A DNA stretch of 64,000 bases from Candidatus Moraniibacteriota bacterium (GTDB lineage: Bacteria; Patescibacteriota; Minisyncoccia; Moranbacterales; UBA1568), in assembly GCA_013334575.1 (NCBI GenBank), contig JAAXXG010000002.1, forward strand, positions 5,377 through 69,376, read 5' to 3'. Numbering within the stretch: position 1 is the stretch's first letter; each line of letters opens with the position of its first letter. Under the pieces are notes generated by a model, which did no database searches, was not told the origin of the DNA, and saw only the letters and a list, made by a program, of their open reading frames with translations. This document shows, piece by piece, positions 48,631-57,522 of the stretch. The translations under genes were made by a program, and so were the position numbers.

Positions 48631-49539
48631 ATGAACATCATCAAATCAGGAAAATTCACCTGGATCGATTTTCTCGATCCTCAGCCGGGCGACATCACCT
48701 ATCTCCAGGAGAACTACAACATCCACCCTCTCGCCATCGAGGAGCTGATGACCCCGACCTATCAGCCCAAGGCGGTACAGTACGACAAGTGCCTGTTCCT
48801 CTCGGTCCATACGCCGCTCTTCGACGCGGCGCTGCGCACCACCTATCCCGGCGAGCTCGATATCATCCTCACCAAGGACACCCTCATCACCGCCCACAAG
48901 CACGACATCTACCAGCTGCGCGAGTTCCACGAGAAACTCGCCCGCAGCAAGGGTTCGCAGCGGCTGTACTTCGCCAAGACCCCGGCACACCTCCTCTACC
49001 ACGTCCTCGAGATCCTCCTCAACTCCTGCTTCCCGAAGCTCCACCACATCTCCGAGAATCTCGACTACATCGAGACGCAGGTCTTCTCCGGCCATGAGAA
49101 GGAGATGGTGACCGAGATTTCCATCGTGAAGCGGGACATTCTGAACTTCCGCCGGACGCTCAAACCGCAGCGGTCGATTCTCGATTCGCTCACGCAGCGG
49201 GACCACCCCTTCATCCCGGACGACCTGACCGTCTATTTTCAGGACCTCATCGGGACGAACATCCGCGTCTGGAACATCCTCGAAAGTACCAAGGAGACCA
49301 TCGAGGCCCTCGAGGCCACCAACAACTCGCTCCTCTCGAATAAGCTCGACATGACCATGAAGGTCCTCACGATCTTCAACGCGGTACTGCTCCCGATGTC
49401 CGCATATTCGAACATGCTCGCCATGAGCGCCGATATCCCCTTCGGACACAGCCCGCACGCCTTCTGGATCCACGTCGGTATCATGTTCGTCATCTCGATG
49501 GCGACCATGGTCGTCTTCAAGGCCCGTAAGTGGTTCTAA
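48631..49539 (+). CDS. corA: CorA-family divalent-cation transporter
   Basis: The ORF begins [18 protein letters not shown] and carries [11 protein letters not shown]. There are two C-terminal TM helices, with the GMN-motif position reading YSNML (variant). The ORF track's 48337 start is antisense to yidD. Confidence 0.65.
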   Translation: MNIIKSGKFTWIDFLDPQPGDITYLQENYNIHPLAIEELMTPTYQPKAVQYDKCLFLSVHTPLFDAALRTTYPGELDIILTKDTLITAHKHDIYQLREFHEKLARSKGSQRLYFAKTPAHLLYHVLEILLNSCFPKLHHISENLDYIETQVFSGHEKEMVTEISIVKRDILNFRRTLKPQRSILDSLTQRDHPFIPDDLTVYFQDLIGTNIRVWNILESTKETIEALEATNNSLLSNKLDMTMKVLTIFNAVLLPMSAYSNMLAMSADIPFGHSPHAFWIHVGIMFVISMATMVVFKARKWF

Positions 49540-49609
49540 TGCCCCCTCTTACACGTAAAAGAGTCCGCGGGAATTCCCGGCGGACTCTTTTCATCTTGCG
49601 GAATCTTCG

Positions 49610-50245
49610 TCAACCTCTCAGCTGTTTACCGATATATTCCGAGCACTTCTTTTCGACGATCCCGGGCTGCTCGACCAGGAACGGGACCAGGACGCTGAAC
49701 GGATTGCACCCTCTCCCATATCTCGTTTCGATTTCGGAAAGCCACGAGGCGGTGGTAATGCCGTCTATCTCCGCAGCAGTCAGGGAGCGAAACGTCACGT
49801 CGAATCTGGCCACATCCGGAAGGGGCGGATTTTCCGTTTTCGGAATCATGCAGCTCGAAACATAAACGAACCCTTCTTTACCAGAAATCTCCCTCAATAA
49901 TTCCGGCGCGTCCGCAAGGTAATTGTCCGTCCATAATAATTTCTCGGAATAGCACGGAAGGACTGCGACACTTAAGATTCTCTCGGCTTGCCAGTTGAAC
50001 TCTCGGGCCAGCGCGGCACGAGAGCGAGCCAACTTGCCCATAATGACCACCGGATCACATCCCAGCCCCAGCTCCTCGATAATTCCCCCGAGAGAACAGG
50101 TCACGCTTCCGTGCGGAACCGCAGATCCGCCAGAGGTGCTCGTTGACGCCTCCAGGGCTTTCACTACGTACGGATGACTCGCGGCGACGACGACCCCGTG
50201 ACCGCTGAGTCGCGATGCAGCTTTTGGTTCTTTCAAAATACTCAA
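49610..50245 (-). CDS. Hypothetical protein (211 aa)
   Basis: The TTG start at 50245 has SD GGAGG 5 nt upstream. The ORF track's extension to 50728 overlaps the permease gene and is Arg-rich. Confidence 0.45.
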   Translation of the reverse strand: MSILKEPKAASRLSGHGVVVAASHPYVVKALEASTSTSGGSAVPHGSVTCSLGGIIEELGLGCDPVVIMGKLARSRAALAREFNWQAERILSVAVLPCYSEKLLWTDNYLADAPELLREISGKEGFVYVSSCMIPKTENPPLPDVARFDVTFRSLTAAEIDGITTASWLSEIETRYGRGCNPFSVLVPFLVEQPGIVEKKCSEYIGKQLRG

Positions 50246-50358
50246 AATAACCTCCCTTGTTTTACATAAGAAATACGGCTGAATTTGAACAAAGAACAAA
50301 AAAACGACTATCAAAGAATACTCCCGGTACGAAACGGAGTCAACCGGAACGAGTCCGA

Positions 50359-51135
50359 CTACATCTCCTCGGCGACGCGCGGCGCAAGCCGGCGATACGA
50401 GAAGATTCCGATAACAGAGCCTGCCGCGACGGCGGCGAAAAAGGCGGCGTTCTGCCAAAGTTCCGGAAAATGGCCGTTTATGAGCGACTCCTTGGAAAAA
50501 TGGATGATGAACGCTATCGGATTGAGAAGCAGGACCTGTTGCACCCAGGCGGGCATCAGCTGTAGCGAGTAGAAGACCGGGGTCGCGTAGAAGAGGATCT
50601 GCAGCAACACTTCCCAGATCATCGAAAGGTCGCGGAAACGGACGAACAGCGGAGCGGTAAGAAGCGCGAACGAAAGGACGATGACGTAGACGAGCACCGA
50701 ATAGAGCGCGAACATGAGAACCGCCCACGGAGACGGCACGAAGCGGCTTCCGACGAAGAACGCGACCACGACGAAAAGGTTCATGAGGTAGATCATGGCC
50801 GCATTCAGGGTCGACGCCATGATGATGGTCCAGCGCGGGATATAGATCTTGGTCACGAGCTGAGACTTTCCGACGAGCGACTGCATACCGGCACTTGTTC
50901 CCTCGGAAAAGAAGTTGAACATGAGGATCCCCACGAGAAGCTGGAGCGAATAGTGTTCCATGCCCTGCCCCCGCTGCGCGAAGATCGAGGAGAACACGAA
51001 GTTAAGAATGGCGAACGTCAGGAGCGGCTTGAGAAGCGCCCAGACATAACCAAGAAACGACCCCTGGTATCGGAGTTTGAAGTCGGTCTTGGCGAGCATC
51101 CAGATGAGCTCGCGATAGTTCTCGTGATAACGCAT
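50359..51135 (-). CDS. ABC-2 type polysaccharide/teichoic-acid export permease (Wzm/TagG-like)
   Basis: The ORF begins MRYHENYRELIWMLAKTDFKLRYQGSFLGYVWALLKPLL and has 6 TM helices. Confidence 0.75.
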   Translation of the reverse strand: MRYHENYRELIWMLAKTDFKLRYQGSFLGYVWALLKPLLTFAILNFVFSSIFAQRGQGMEHYSLQLLVGILMFNFFSEGTSAGMQSLVGKSQLVTKIYIPRWTIIMASTLNAAMIYLMNLFVVVAFFVGSRFVPSPWAVLMFALYSVLVYVIVLSFALLTAPLFVRFRDLSMIWEVLLQILFYATPVFYSLQLMPAWVQQVLLLNPIAFIIHFSKESLINGHFPELWQNAAFFAAVAAGSVIGIFSYRRLAPRVAEEM

Positions 51136-51192
51136 GAGTTCCAGGCTAACACGACGTCACGCTTCCGACAACCGCGTCCGAACAGGATATGA

Positions 51193-52374
51193 TTATCGCT
51201 TCCGAGATCTCCGTACGATGACGGTCAGCAGCACGCCGAGAACGACTATCGCCGCCACGGAGAGCACCAGCGCGACGATGCTTCCCTGTTTTTCGGTTGC
51301 CGCGGGAGCGGCATCGCTCACGGGGGAATTTCCGCCGGTATCCTCGACGACCGGAGCGATTCCCGGCAGCTCGACGGACGAAGATGAGCCGGCGATACGC
51401 TTGAAGACCCGATCTCCCGAAGTGAACAGGAATTCCCCTTCCTTTCCAGTCGAAAATATACGGTCAATGGTGTCGGCAGGACTGAGTATCACACCCTCCT
51501 TTCCCGAATCGATCGAGATCGAATGGACACGACCGTCGGAGGCGAGCACGGCCAAGACCGACCTGCCGATGAAGGCTACGTCCCGGACCGATACCGTCGT
51601 CGTGACATCACGGAATCGGCCGGCAGTCGCATCGAAAAGGCGTAACCCGGATCCGGTCCTGACCAGGAACACCGTGGGGTCAAATACGTCCGCAAAAACG
51701 TCGACTACTTCGCTTCCCGCATCGAAAAACCGTACGGAAGCTCCGTCCGTCCCAAGTACGTAGATGCCTGACGATACGGGCATGACCGCATAAGATGAAG
51801 ACGTGACCGTCGAAAGGCCGTCTTCCGCCTTACGGTCGGATCCCGGCGGAAGCGTCGCGACGTTCGCGAATCGCGAGAGATCGGATTCGGACGAGACCGA
51901 AACGGTCTCGTTTTTCCAATTATAAACAATCCGACCATCCGGAAGCCATCCGGCATCGACTACGCCAGCCCCAAGCAGCGTCTGCTTTTCGGTGGAAAGT
52001 TCATAAAGCCACCAATTCAGGGAATCAAGGTCTCGGTCCGGCGTTCGGAACGGGAGCTCCTGTTTCACGGCGGGAAGATTCCCGGAAAGCACCAGGATTC
52101 GGGATCCGTCCGGTGACCAGGAAAGCTTTTTGATGGAACCGCCGAGATTCCGCGACTCCCCGATCGGAAGCGCCGCGTCACTGCTGATGTCGTATCGGAA
52201 CAGTCCACCCGTCTGCTGCTGATAAAAAGCCACCTCGTTCCCGTCATCGGCAACGAAGGGAAAACCGAACGTCCGACAGCAGACCTGAGCAGAAGCGCCG
52301 CTTGTCCAGAAAAACGGAGCCGCAAGGAGCGACATTGCCAGAAAGGCGACTCCGAAGATGCGCATGTTCTTCAT
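51193..52374 (-). CDS. Exported beta-propeller (TolB/WD40-like) protein with a C-terminal TM anchor
   Basis: The signal peptide starts MKNMRIFGVAFLAMSLLAAPF. Repeated DG-containing blades follow, and the C-terminus is a hydrophobic helix plus RRSRKR. Confidence 0.5.
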   Translation of the reverse strand: MKNMRIFGVAFLAMSLLAAPFFWTSGASAQVCCRTFGFPFVADDGNEVAFYQQQTGGLFRYDISSDAALPIGESRNLGGSIKKLSWSPDGSRILVLSGNLPAVKQELPFRTPDRDLDSLNWWLYELSTEKQTLLGAGVVDAGWLPDGRIVYNWKNETVSVSSESDLSRFANVATLPPGSDRKAEDGLSTVTSSSYAVMPVSSGIYVLGTDGASVRFFDAGSEVVDVFADVFDPTVFLVRTGSGLRLFDATAGRFRDVTTTVSVRDVAFIGRSVLAVLASDGRVHSISIDSGKEGVILSPADTIDRIFSTGKEGEFLFTSGDRVFKRIAGSSSSVELPGIAPVVEDTGGNSPVSDAAPAATEKQGSIVALVLSVAAIVVLGVLLTVIVRRSRKR

Positions 52375-52391
52375 ATGTGTCCGGTTTCCGT

Positions 52392-53789
52392 TTAGCAATT
52401 CTTGTAGACATCGTAATTCGCCACGATGCCGGCGCAGTAATTTCCGCCACATGCGTTCTTATCCACGCAGGAACCGCAATATGCATCTCCCGCCTTGTAG
52501 ATTCCCACGACGCTGTAGTCTCCTCCGCTGCTCTTGGAAATGAACTTGGCTGCGCATTTGAGCGCGTCGGCACGATTGAATTTACTGCCGGTGCAACCCA
52601 GCCCCTTCCAGGTACTGTCCGTGAACTGCATCGGACCGCCTGCGGTATACGAGTTATTGCTGCTGCAGGCATTCGGATTCGTGAGCGCCGGCGCGCATTC
52701 GCGACGCATGAATGCGACCAGCAGCGCGGGTGGGACGCCGTACCCGGCAGCATTCACGTCAGCCATGAGTGCGGCATTCATATCGCTGCATTTCGCGTTC
52801 GAGGAGACGCTGACCGAAGTGTTGTACTGGGTCGATAGCGCGCTTGAGCCGTATGTCTCGACCTGTTCGCCGGAACGGGACGTCGCATCGCAATTGAACT
52901 GATATCCGTCGACCCCTCGGAACTGCGCCCCGACACCGAGGTCGTTACGGGCATTCAGGACGTTGAACATCACGGTCTCGACGATGAACCACGCGAAAAG
53001 GATGAACAGTATGCCGATAAGCGTGTATTTTATGCCGTCCTTGGCGAGCGTCATGAGCTTCTGGTCCCCGCCGGAAACGATATATACGATCGCCATCGCG
53101 GTGATCACCGCGAGCCCGATAAAGAACATCACGTCACGTATCGTCGTAATCAGGTTCGCGATACCCGTTATGAAATGGCAGAGCGTGCAGGGAATCGATG
53201 CATTGCCACACGGGATAAGTCCCGAAATGGAATCACCCGAGACGGTTCCCGCGGTCTCTTCCGCCCCGCTGCCGGTAGCGGCGTTCGATCCCGATGCCGA
53301 CGCAGCGGCGGTCGATCCGAGAGCCGTTTTAACCGAAGACGCGAGAGACGAATAACTTTTCGGATGCAGGCCGTCCGCGGAAGAAAACTGGGACAAATCG
53401 ACCGTCGAATCGCCATACGAAGCGGCCACCGACCGAACGACCGCCTTCATTGCCGCATCGTACGGCAGGATCCAGACGGTTTTTGCGTTCGGCTGCTTGT
53501 CGCGAATGGCTTTAAGGTAGGATTGTTGCTGAGCGGTAGTGAAATTCTGCCCCTTGTCGTTGCTGCCGGCGGAAATGACCATCTGGGTGTACGTACCCGA
53601 AACCGCAAAACCGGCTATCGTCTTAGAATTGGCTCCGACAACCGCCGATGTCTTCGTAGGAGAGAGTGCCGAGGCCGTACCGACAGCGATACTGTCACCG
53701 ATCACCAGAAGCGTATCCGCCGCCGAGACGGCCAAAGGGTTCATCCATGCGAGAACTCCGACGAAAAGCATCGAAAAGAAGATTCTCAT
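52392..53789 (-). CDS. Fusion of an SGNH/GDSL hydrolase domain, a TM segment, and a lytic-transglycosylase-like domain
   Basis: The N-terminus has a GDSL block (LLVIGDSIAVG). Mid-protein there are 3 TM helices. The C-terminus carries ...GGPMQFTDSTWKG..., an SLT-type motif. Confidence 0.5.
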   Translation of the reverse strand: MRIFFSMLFVGVLAWMNPLAVSAADTLLVIGDSIAVGTASALSPTKTSAVVGANSKTIAGFAVSGTYTQMVISAGSNDKGQNFTTAQQQSYLKAIRDKQPNAKTVWILPYDAAMKAVVRSVAASYGDSTVDLSQFSSADGLHPKSYSSLASSVKTALGSTAAASASGSNAATGSGAEETAGTVSGDSISGLIPCGNASIPCTLCHFITGIANLITTIRDVMFFIGLAVITAMAIVYIVSGGDQKLMTLAKDGIKYTLIGILFILFAWFIVETVMFNVLNARNDLGVGAQFRGVDGYQFNCDATSRSGEQVETYGSSALSTQYNTSVSVSSNAKCSDMNAALMADVNAAGYGVPPALLVAFMRRECAPALTNPNACSSNNSYTAGGPMQFTDSTWKGLGCTGSKFNRADALKCAAKFISKSSGGDYSVVGIYKAGDAYCGSCVDKNACGGNYCAGIVANYDVYKNC

Positions 53790-53866
53790 AGAGGAAATTT
53801 ATTCTTTCTCTTCATATTTCCGAACAAGAGCCGTCACATGGCCATTCCCTTGAAATCATACCACAA

Positions 53867-54850
53867 CTACACATCACCGGAAACACGCGGGGAATAATAC
53901 GACCGATACCATTCGACGAACCGGGCGATGCCGTCGTCTATGCGCGTGGAAGGCGCCCAACCGAGCGCGCGAAGCTTCGAGATATCCGCGACCGTCCGAG
54001 TGACATCCCCCCGCTGCATGGGAAGCATGTTCGTCTCCGCCTTGCGGCCGGCATGCCGTTCGACCGCGGCGATATAGTCCATAAGCGCCTCGTCCCGGTC
54101 GCCGCCGATGTTCATCACGTCGCAGGGAAGGTCCGCATCGAGCGTCACGAGCGTCCCGGAGACGATGTCGTCGATATAGGTAAAGTTCCGCCTCATCTCG
54201 CCGCCGTTGTAGACGTCGATCGGACGCCCTTCGACGATGTTCGCCACGAACTTGAAGACGCCCATGTCCGGACGCCCCCACGGACCGTACACGGTGAAGA
54301 ACCGGAGCCCTGTCGTGTGCAGTCCCCAGACGTGACTGTAGACGTTCGCCAGGAGCTCGGTCGACTTCTTGGTCGCCGCATAGACGGAAACCGGGTGGTC
54401 GACGGGATCCGATTCGGAGAACGGCACTTTCTCGTTCTCGCCGTAGACGGACGAAGAGGACGCGTAGACGAAGTTCAAGACGCCGGAGTTCCGAGCGCAC
54501 TCGAGCATGTTGAGCGTGCCCATCATGTTCACGTCCGCATACAGCTCGGGGCGCTCGAGCGAATACCGCACGCCGGCCATCGCCGCCAGATGGATCACCT
54601 TCTCCGGCTTCTCGGAACCGAAGACGTCTCCAAGGAAGGTCCGGTCGCGGATATCCCCCTCGTAAAGCGAGAACTTTCCCGCGTAATCACCGAGAAAGAC
54701 ACCGATCCGGTCCCGCTTCAGCTTCGGATCGTAGTAATCGTTGAAGTTGTCGATAAGGATCGGGAAATCGCCGCGATCCATGAGCGCTTTCGCTACGGCC
54801 GATCCGATAAATCCCGCTCCGCCGGTAATCAGAATCCTCATATCATTCAT
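53867..54850 (-). CDS. NAD-dependent nucleotide-sugar epimerase (UDP-glucuronate/glucose 4-epimerase-like)
   Basis: The N-terminus is MRILITGGAGFIGSAV. The YxxxK site is YAATK. Confidence 0.85.
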   Translation of the reverse strand: MNDMRILITGGAGFIGSAVAKALMDRGDFPILIDNFNDYYDPKLKRDRIGVFLGDYAGKFSLYEGDIRDRTFLGDVFGSEKPEKVIHLAAMAGVRYSLERPELYADVNMMGTLNMLECARNSGVLNFVYASSSSVYGENEKVPFSESDPVDHPVSVYAATKKSTELLANVYSHVWGLHTTGLRFFTVYGPWGRPDMGVFKFVANIVEGRPIDVYNGGEMRRNFTYIDDIVSGTLVTLDADLPCDVMNIGGDRDEALMDYIAAVERHAGRKAETNMLPMQRGDVTRTVADISKLRALGWAPSTRIDDGIARFVEWYRSYYSPRVSGDV

Positions 54851-55064
54851 CCGTTATCCGTTATACCGAGCACCGACCAGCGAAGAAGATCGCCCGCCGC
54901 CGCATCCTGTGCCGCCTCGTCGATGCGCAACTTTTTCGAACAAGGGAACGACTCCGTATTTCCCGCACTCTCCCCACGCGCATCGGGAACCGTTTTCGGC
55001 GGCGAGCTTCCGGTGCATCGCCTCTTCACGTTCGATGATTCCTTCGATCGTCATAGCGGCCGCG

Positions 55065-56279
55065 CTACGACGACATCTTACGGACCCGATCGATCGACTC
55101 GCGCAGGTACGACACATAAACGGCATCGTCCGCGGCACGGGTCACATACTTCGAAAGCGCGGTCTCCCTGGCCCGCTCACCGATACGCTTCCGAAGTTCC
55201 GGATCGACGATGAGCGACTCGAGCTTCGCTTCCCACTCCCCGGCGGTCGAGGCGACAAAACCGTCCGTCCCGTCGGTGATCGCTTCGCGAAACGGTCGCG
55301 TAGCGGCCGCGACGATCGGCACTTCGAGCGCCCCGGCCTCGAAGAACTTCAGTTCCGACTTCCCCTCGCAGAACGGATTCCCGATTTCCAAGGGCGCGAT
55401 GACGATATCCGAACGGGCAATGTTCCCGAAATGCTTCTCGCGCGGCACGTAATGCATGCGTTCGATCCGGTCCGAGAACGCGTCGAACCGCGGGTCGATC
55501 GAGAGAGGGCCGACCAGAAGAAGTCTCAGCTGCGGATACCGGGACAGGAGCGAGAGAAGCGGCTCGGTCACGGTCGCGAAGTCCTTGTCGTGCCCGAGGG
55601 ATCCGCTGAAATACGAAAGCGTGACGGTATCCGTCTTGCGGGCGGCCCCGATGCGGGCGCGCCTTTCCGGGAGCAGCGTGCCGATCACCTCCAGGTCAGA
55701 ATCGGGAAGCCGGTTCGGGACGACATAGACGGTCTTGCCGTACTCGCGGAGCTTGTCGGCGATGAACGAAGTCGAGGCTGTCGCGACCGTGACATACGGG
55801 TCCGCGAGGATCTCCCCGCCCACACCGTGCTCGTACAGCTTCCGCTCGAGCGCGTTCATGACGCGCCAGTAGTCCATATGCTCGAGGTACTTCGGATCGA
55901 AAACGAGATCGTCCGTATCGAAGACGATCGCTTTTCCCTGCGCCTTGACCCGCCCGACGAGCTTCGCGACCGACGGAGTGAACAGGACCCGATGAAGCAC
56001 GAAGACGGAGAACTTGTCCGCGTACGATGCGAGCAACGGATTATCCTGCACGGTGACCGATGACGAGATGCCGTTCCGAAGCAGGCCTTCTCCGACGTGT
56101 CGGGTCCGATACCGCGCACTGTCCCCGACCCCGCCGGTCACGAACAGCACATCCGCCGGGCGGACGTGTCCGAACAGCGCGAGCCCCGCCGGAACGATCC
56201 GCTTCATACCGCGGACGACCCCCTCGCGACGAAGGGTCTGCCACGCCTTTCCTATCTTGATGAGCAGCAGTCGGTTCAT
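55065..56279 (-). CDS. Glycosyltransferase (GT-B, group 1-like)
   Basis: A C-terminal GT4-like domain is present (LLLVGPLS..., ...EFGIPLEIGNPFCEGKSELKFFEAGALEVPIVAA). Confidence 0.7.
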   Translation of the reverse strand: MNRLLLIKIGKAWQTLRREGVVRGMKRIVPAGLALFGHVRPADVLFVTGGVGDSARYRTRHVGEGLLRNGISSSVTVQDNPLLASYADKFSVFVLHRVLFTPSVAKLVGRVKAQGKAIVFDTDDLVFDPKYLEHMDYWRVMNALERKLYEHGVGGEILADPYVTVATASTSFIADKLREYGKTVYVVPNRLPDSDLEVIGTLLPERRARIGAARKTDTVTLSYFSGSLGHDKDFATVTEPLLSLLSRYPQLRLLLVGPLSIDPRFDAFSDRIERMHYVPREKHFGNIARSDIVIAPLEIGNPFCEGKSELKFFEAGALEVPIVAAATRPFREAITDGTDGFVASTAGEWEAKLESLIVDPELRKRIGERARETALSKYVTRAADDAVYVSYLRESIDRVRKMSS

Positions 56280-57484
56280 AGGACGGATCGATAGGTCTTT
56301 TCGAGCGCCTCCCCGGTCGCGTCCCAGGAGAAGCCGGCTGAGCGCTCACGATTCGCCCGGCCGATTTCCGGTAGTCGGTCCCGCTCCCGCGAAAGGGCGA
56401 CGATCGCCTCCGCAAGGGACTCCGGCGTCGCCTCGTCGGCGAAGGATCCGCCATCGTCGAGATACTTCCGATTGTTCATCGTATCGAAACATGCGACCGG
56501 AAGCCCCGCGTTCATATACTGGAGCATCTTTCCACTCGCCTGTCCGGTATCTTCGTGCTTCGGTTCGATCGCGATATCCCCCATTCCGAGCACCTCCCCG
56601 AGCGAGAAGTACGGAAGCGGCGAGATGACCGTCACCCGGTCCGCGACACCGGCCTCGGAAAGCAGCGGGGTCAAAAGATCACGTGGAGAGCCCGCCAGAA
56701 CGAACCGGAGGCGCGGATCGCTCCGAAACGCGATCGGAAGAGCGGAAACGAGCGTTCCGATCCCCTTGTTACGCACGAACGCTCCGGTATAGACCGCGAC
56801 CGTCTCGTCGGGCCCGATACCGTACCGACTCCTGGCCGCGGTCCGAGCTTCGAGCGACAGCGGAGGAAGGTTCCGAGCGCCGTCGAGCACCGTTCCGACA
56901 CCGCCTCTCGTCCGAAGCGACGAGATCTCCTCGGCACTCGCCCACGAACTCGCCACGACGACGTCTCCCATGTCCTCGATCCACGACTCGAGTGCACGGA
57001 ACAGGGTACGGAGCCACCCGCCCCGCAGATACGCGTGCGAGACCATCTCCCGCGTCATGCTCCCCTGCAGATCCGCGACAAGCACCGGACGGATGCCGAA
57101 CATACGCAGAAACGGCATCGCCGCCCACGCTATCGCCACCCCCTCATGGTTGTGCGCGTGGATCACGTCCGGCCTCCAATGCCGCGCGAGCGTGAAGGTC
57201 TTGCGAATGAGCAGCAGATCGAGGACGATCTTCTGCCAATCCGGTCCGGCCTCGAGCTTCCGGTACCAGAACAGGAGCCGACGGATACGCCGAACCTCGA
57301 TGCCCGGATTCTCCTCGGCGGGAATATCGCTGCCGATATGGTACGTCGCGATCATCACGCGATGCCCGCGCCGCACAAGGGCGCGCGCCTCCTCGAGAAT
57401 GCGGATATGCATTCCGCGATCCGCGAAAAACGGGGTCGGGGCGACCATGAGGACCTTCAGTCGCCGTGCTTCGTTCGCTGTCAT
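56276..57484 (-). CDS. Glycosyltransferase family 4
   Basis: The ORF begins MTANEARRLKVLMVAPTPFFADRGMHIRILEEARALVRRGHRV and has a C-terminal E..E motif region. Confidence 0.8.
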   Translation of the reverse strand: MTANEARRLKVLMVAPTPFFADRGMHIRILEEARALVRRGHRVMIATYHIGSDIPAEENPGIEVRRIRRLLFWYRKLEAGPDWQKIVLDLLLIRKTFTLARHWRPDVIHAHNHEGVAIAWAAMPFLRMFGIRPVLVADLQGSMTREMVSHAYLRGGWLRTLFRALESWIEDMGDVVVASSWASAEEISSLRTRGGVGTVLDGARNLPPLSLEARTAARSRYGIGPDETVAVYTGAFVRNKGIGTLVSALPIAFRSDPRLRFVLAGSPRDLLTPLLSEAGVADRVTVISPLPYFSLGEVLGMGDIAIEPKHEDTGQASGKMLQYMNAGLPVACFDTMNNRKYLDDGGSFADEATPESLAEAIVALSRERDRLPEIGRANRERSAGFSWDATGEALEKTYRSVL

Positions 57485-57522
57485 GGGAGAGCTCGTTATC
57501 GGAAAAACGGGACGGGAAACGG

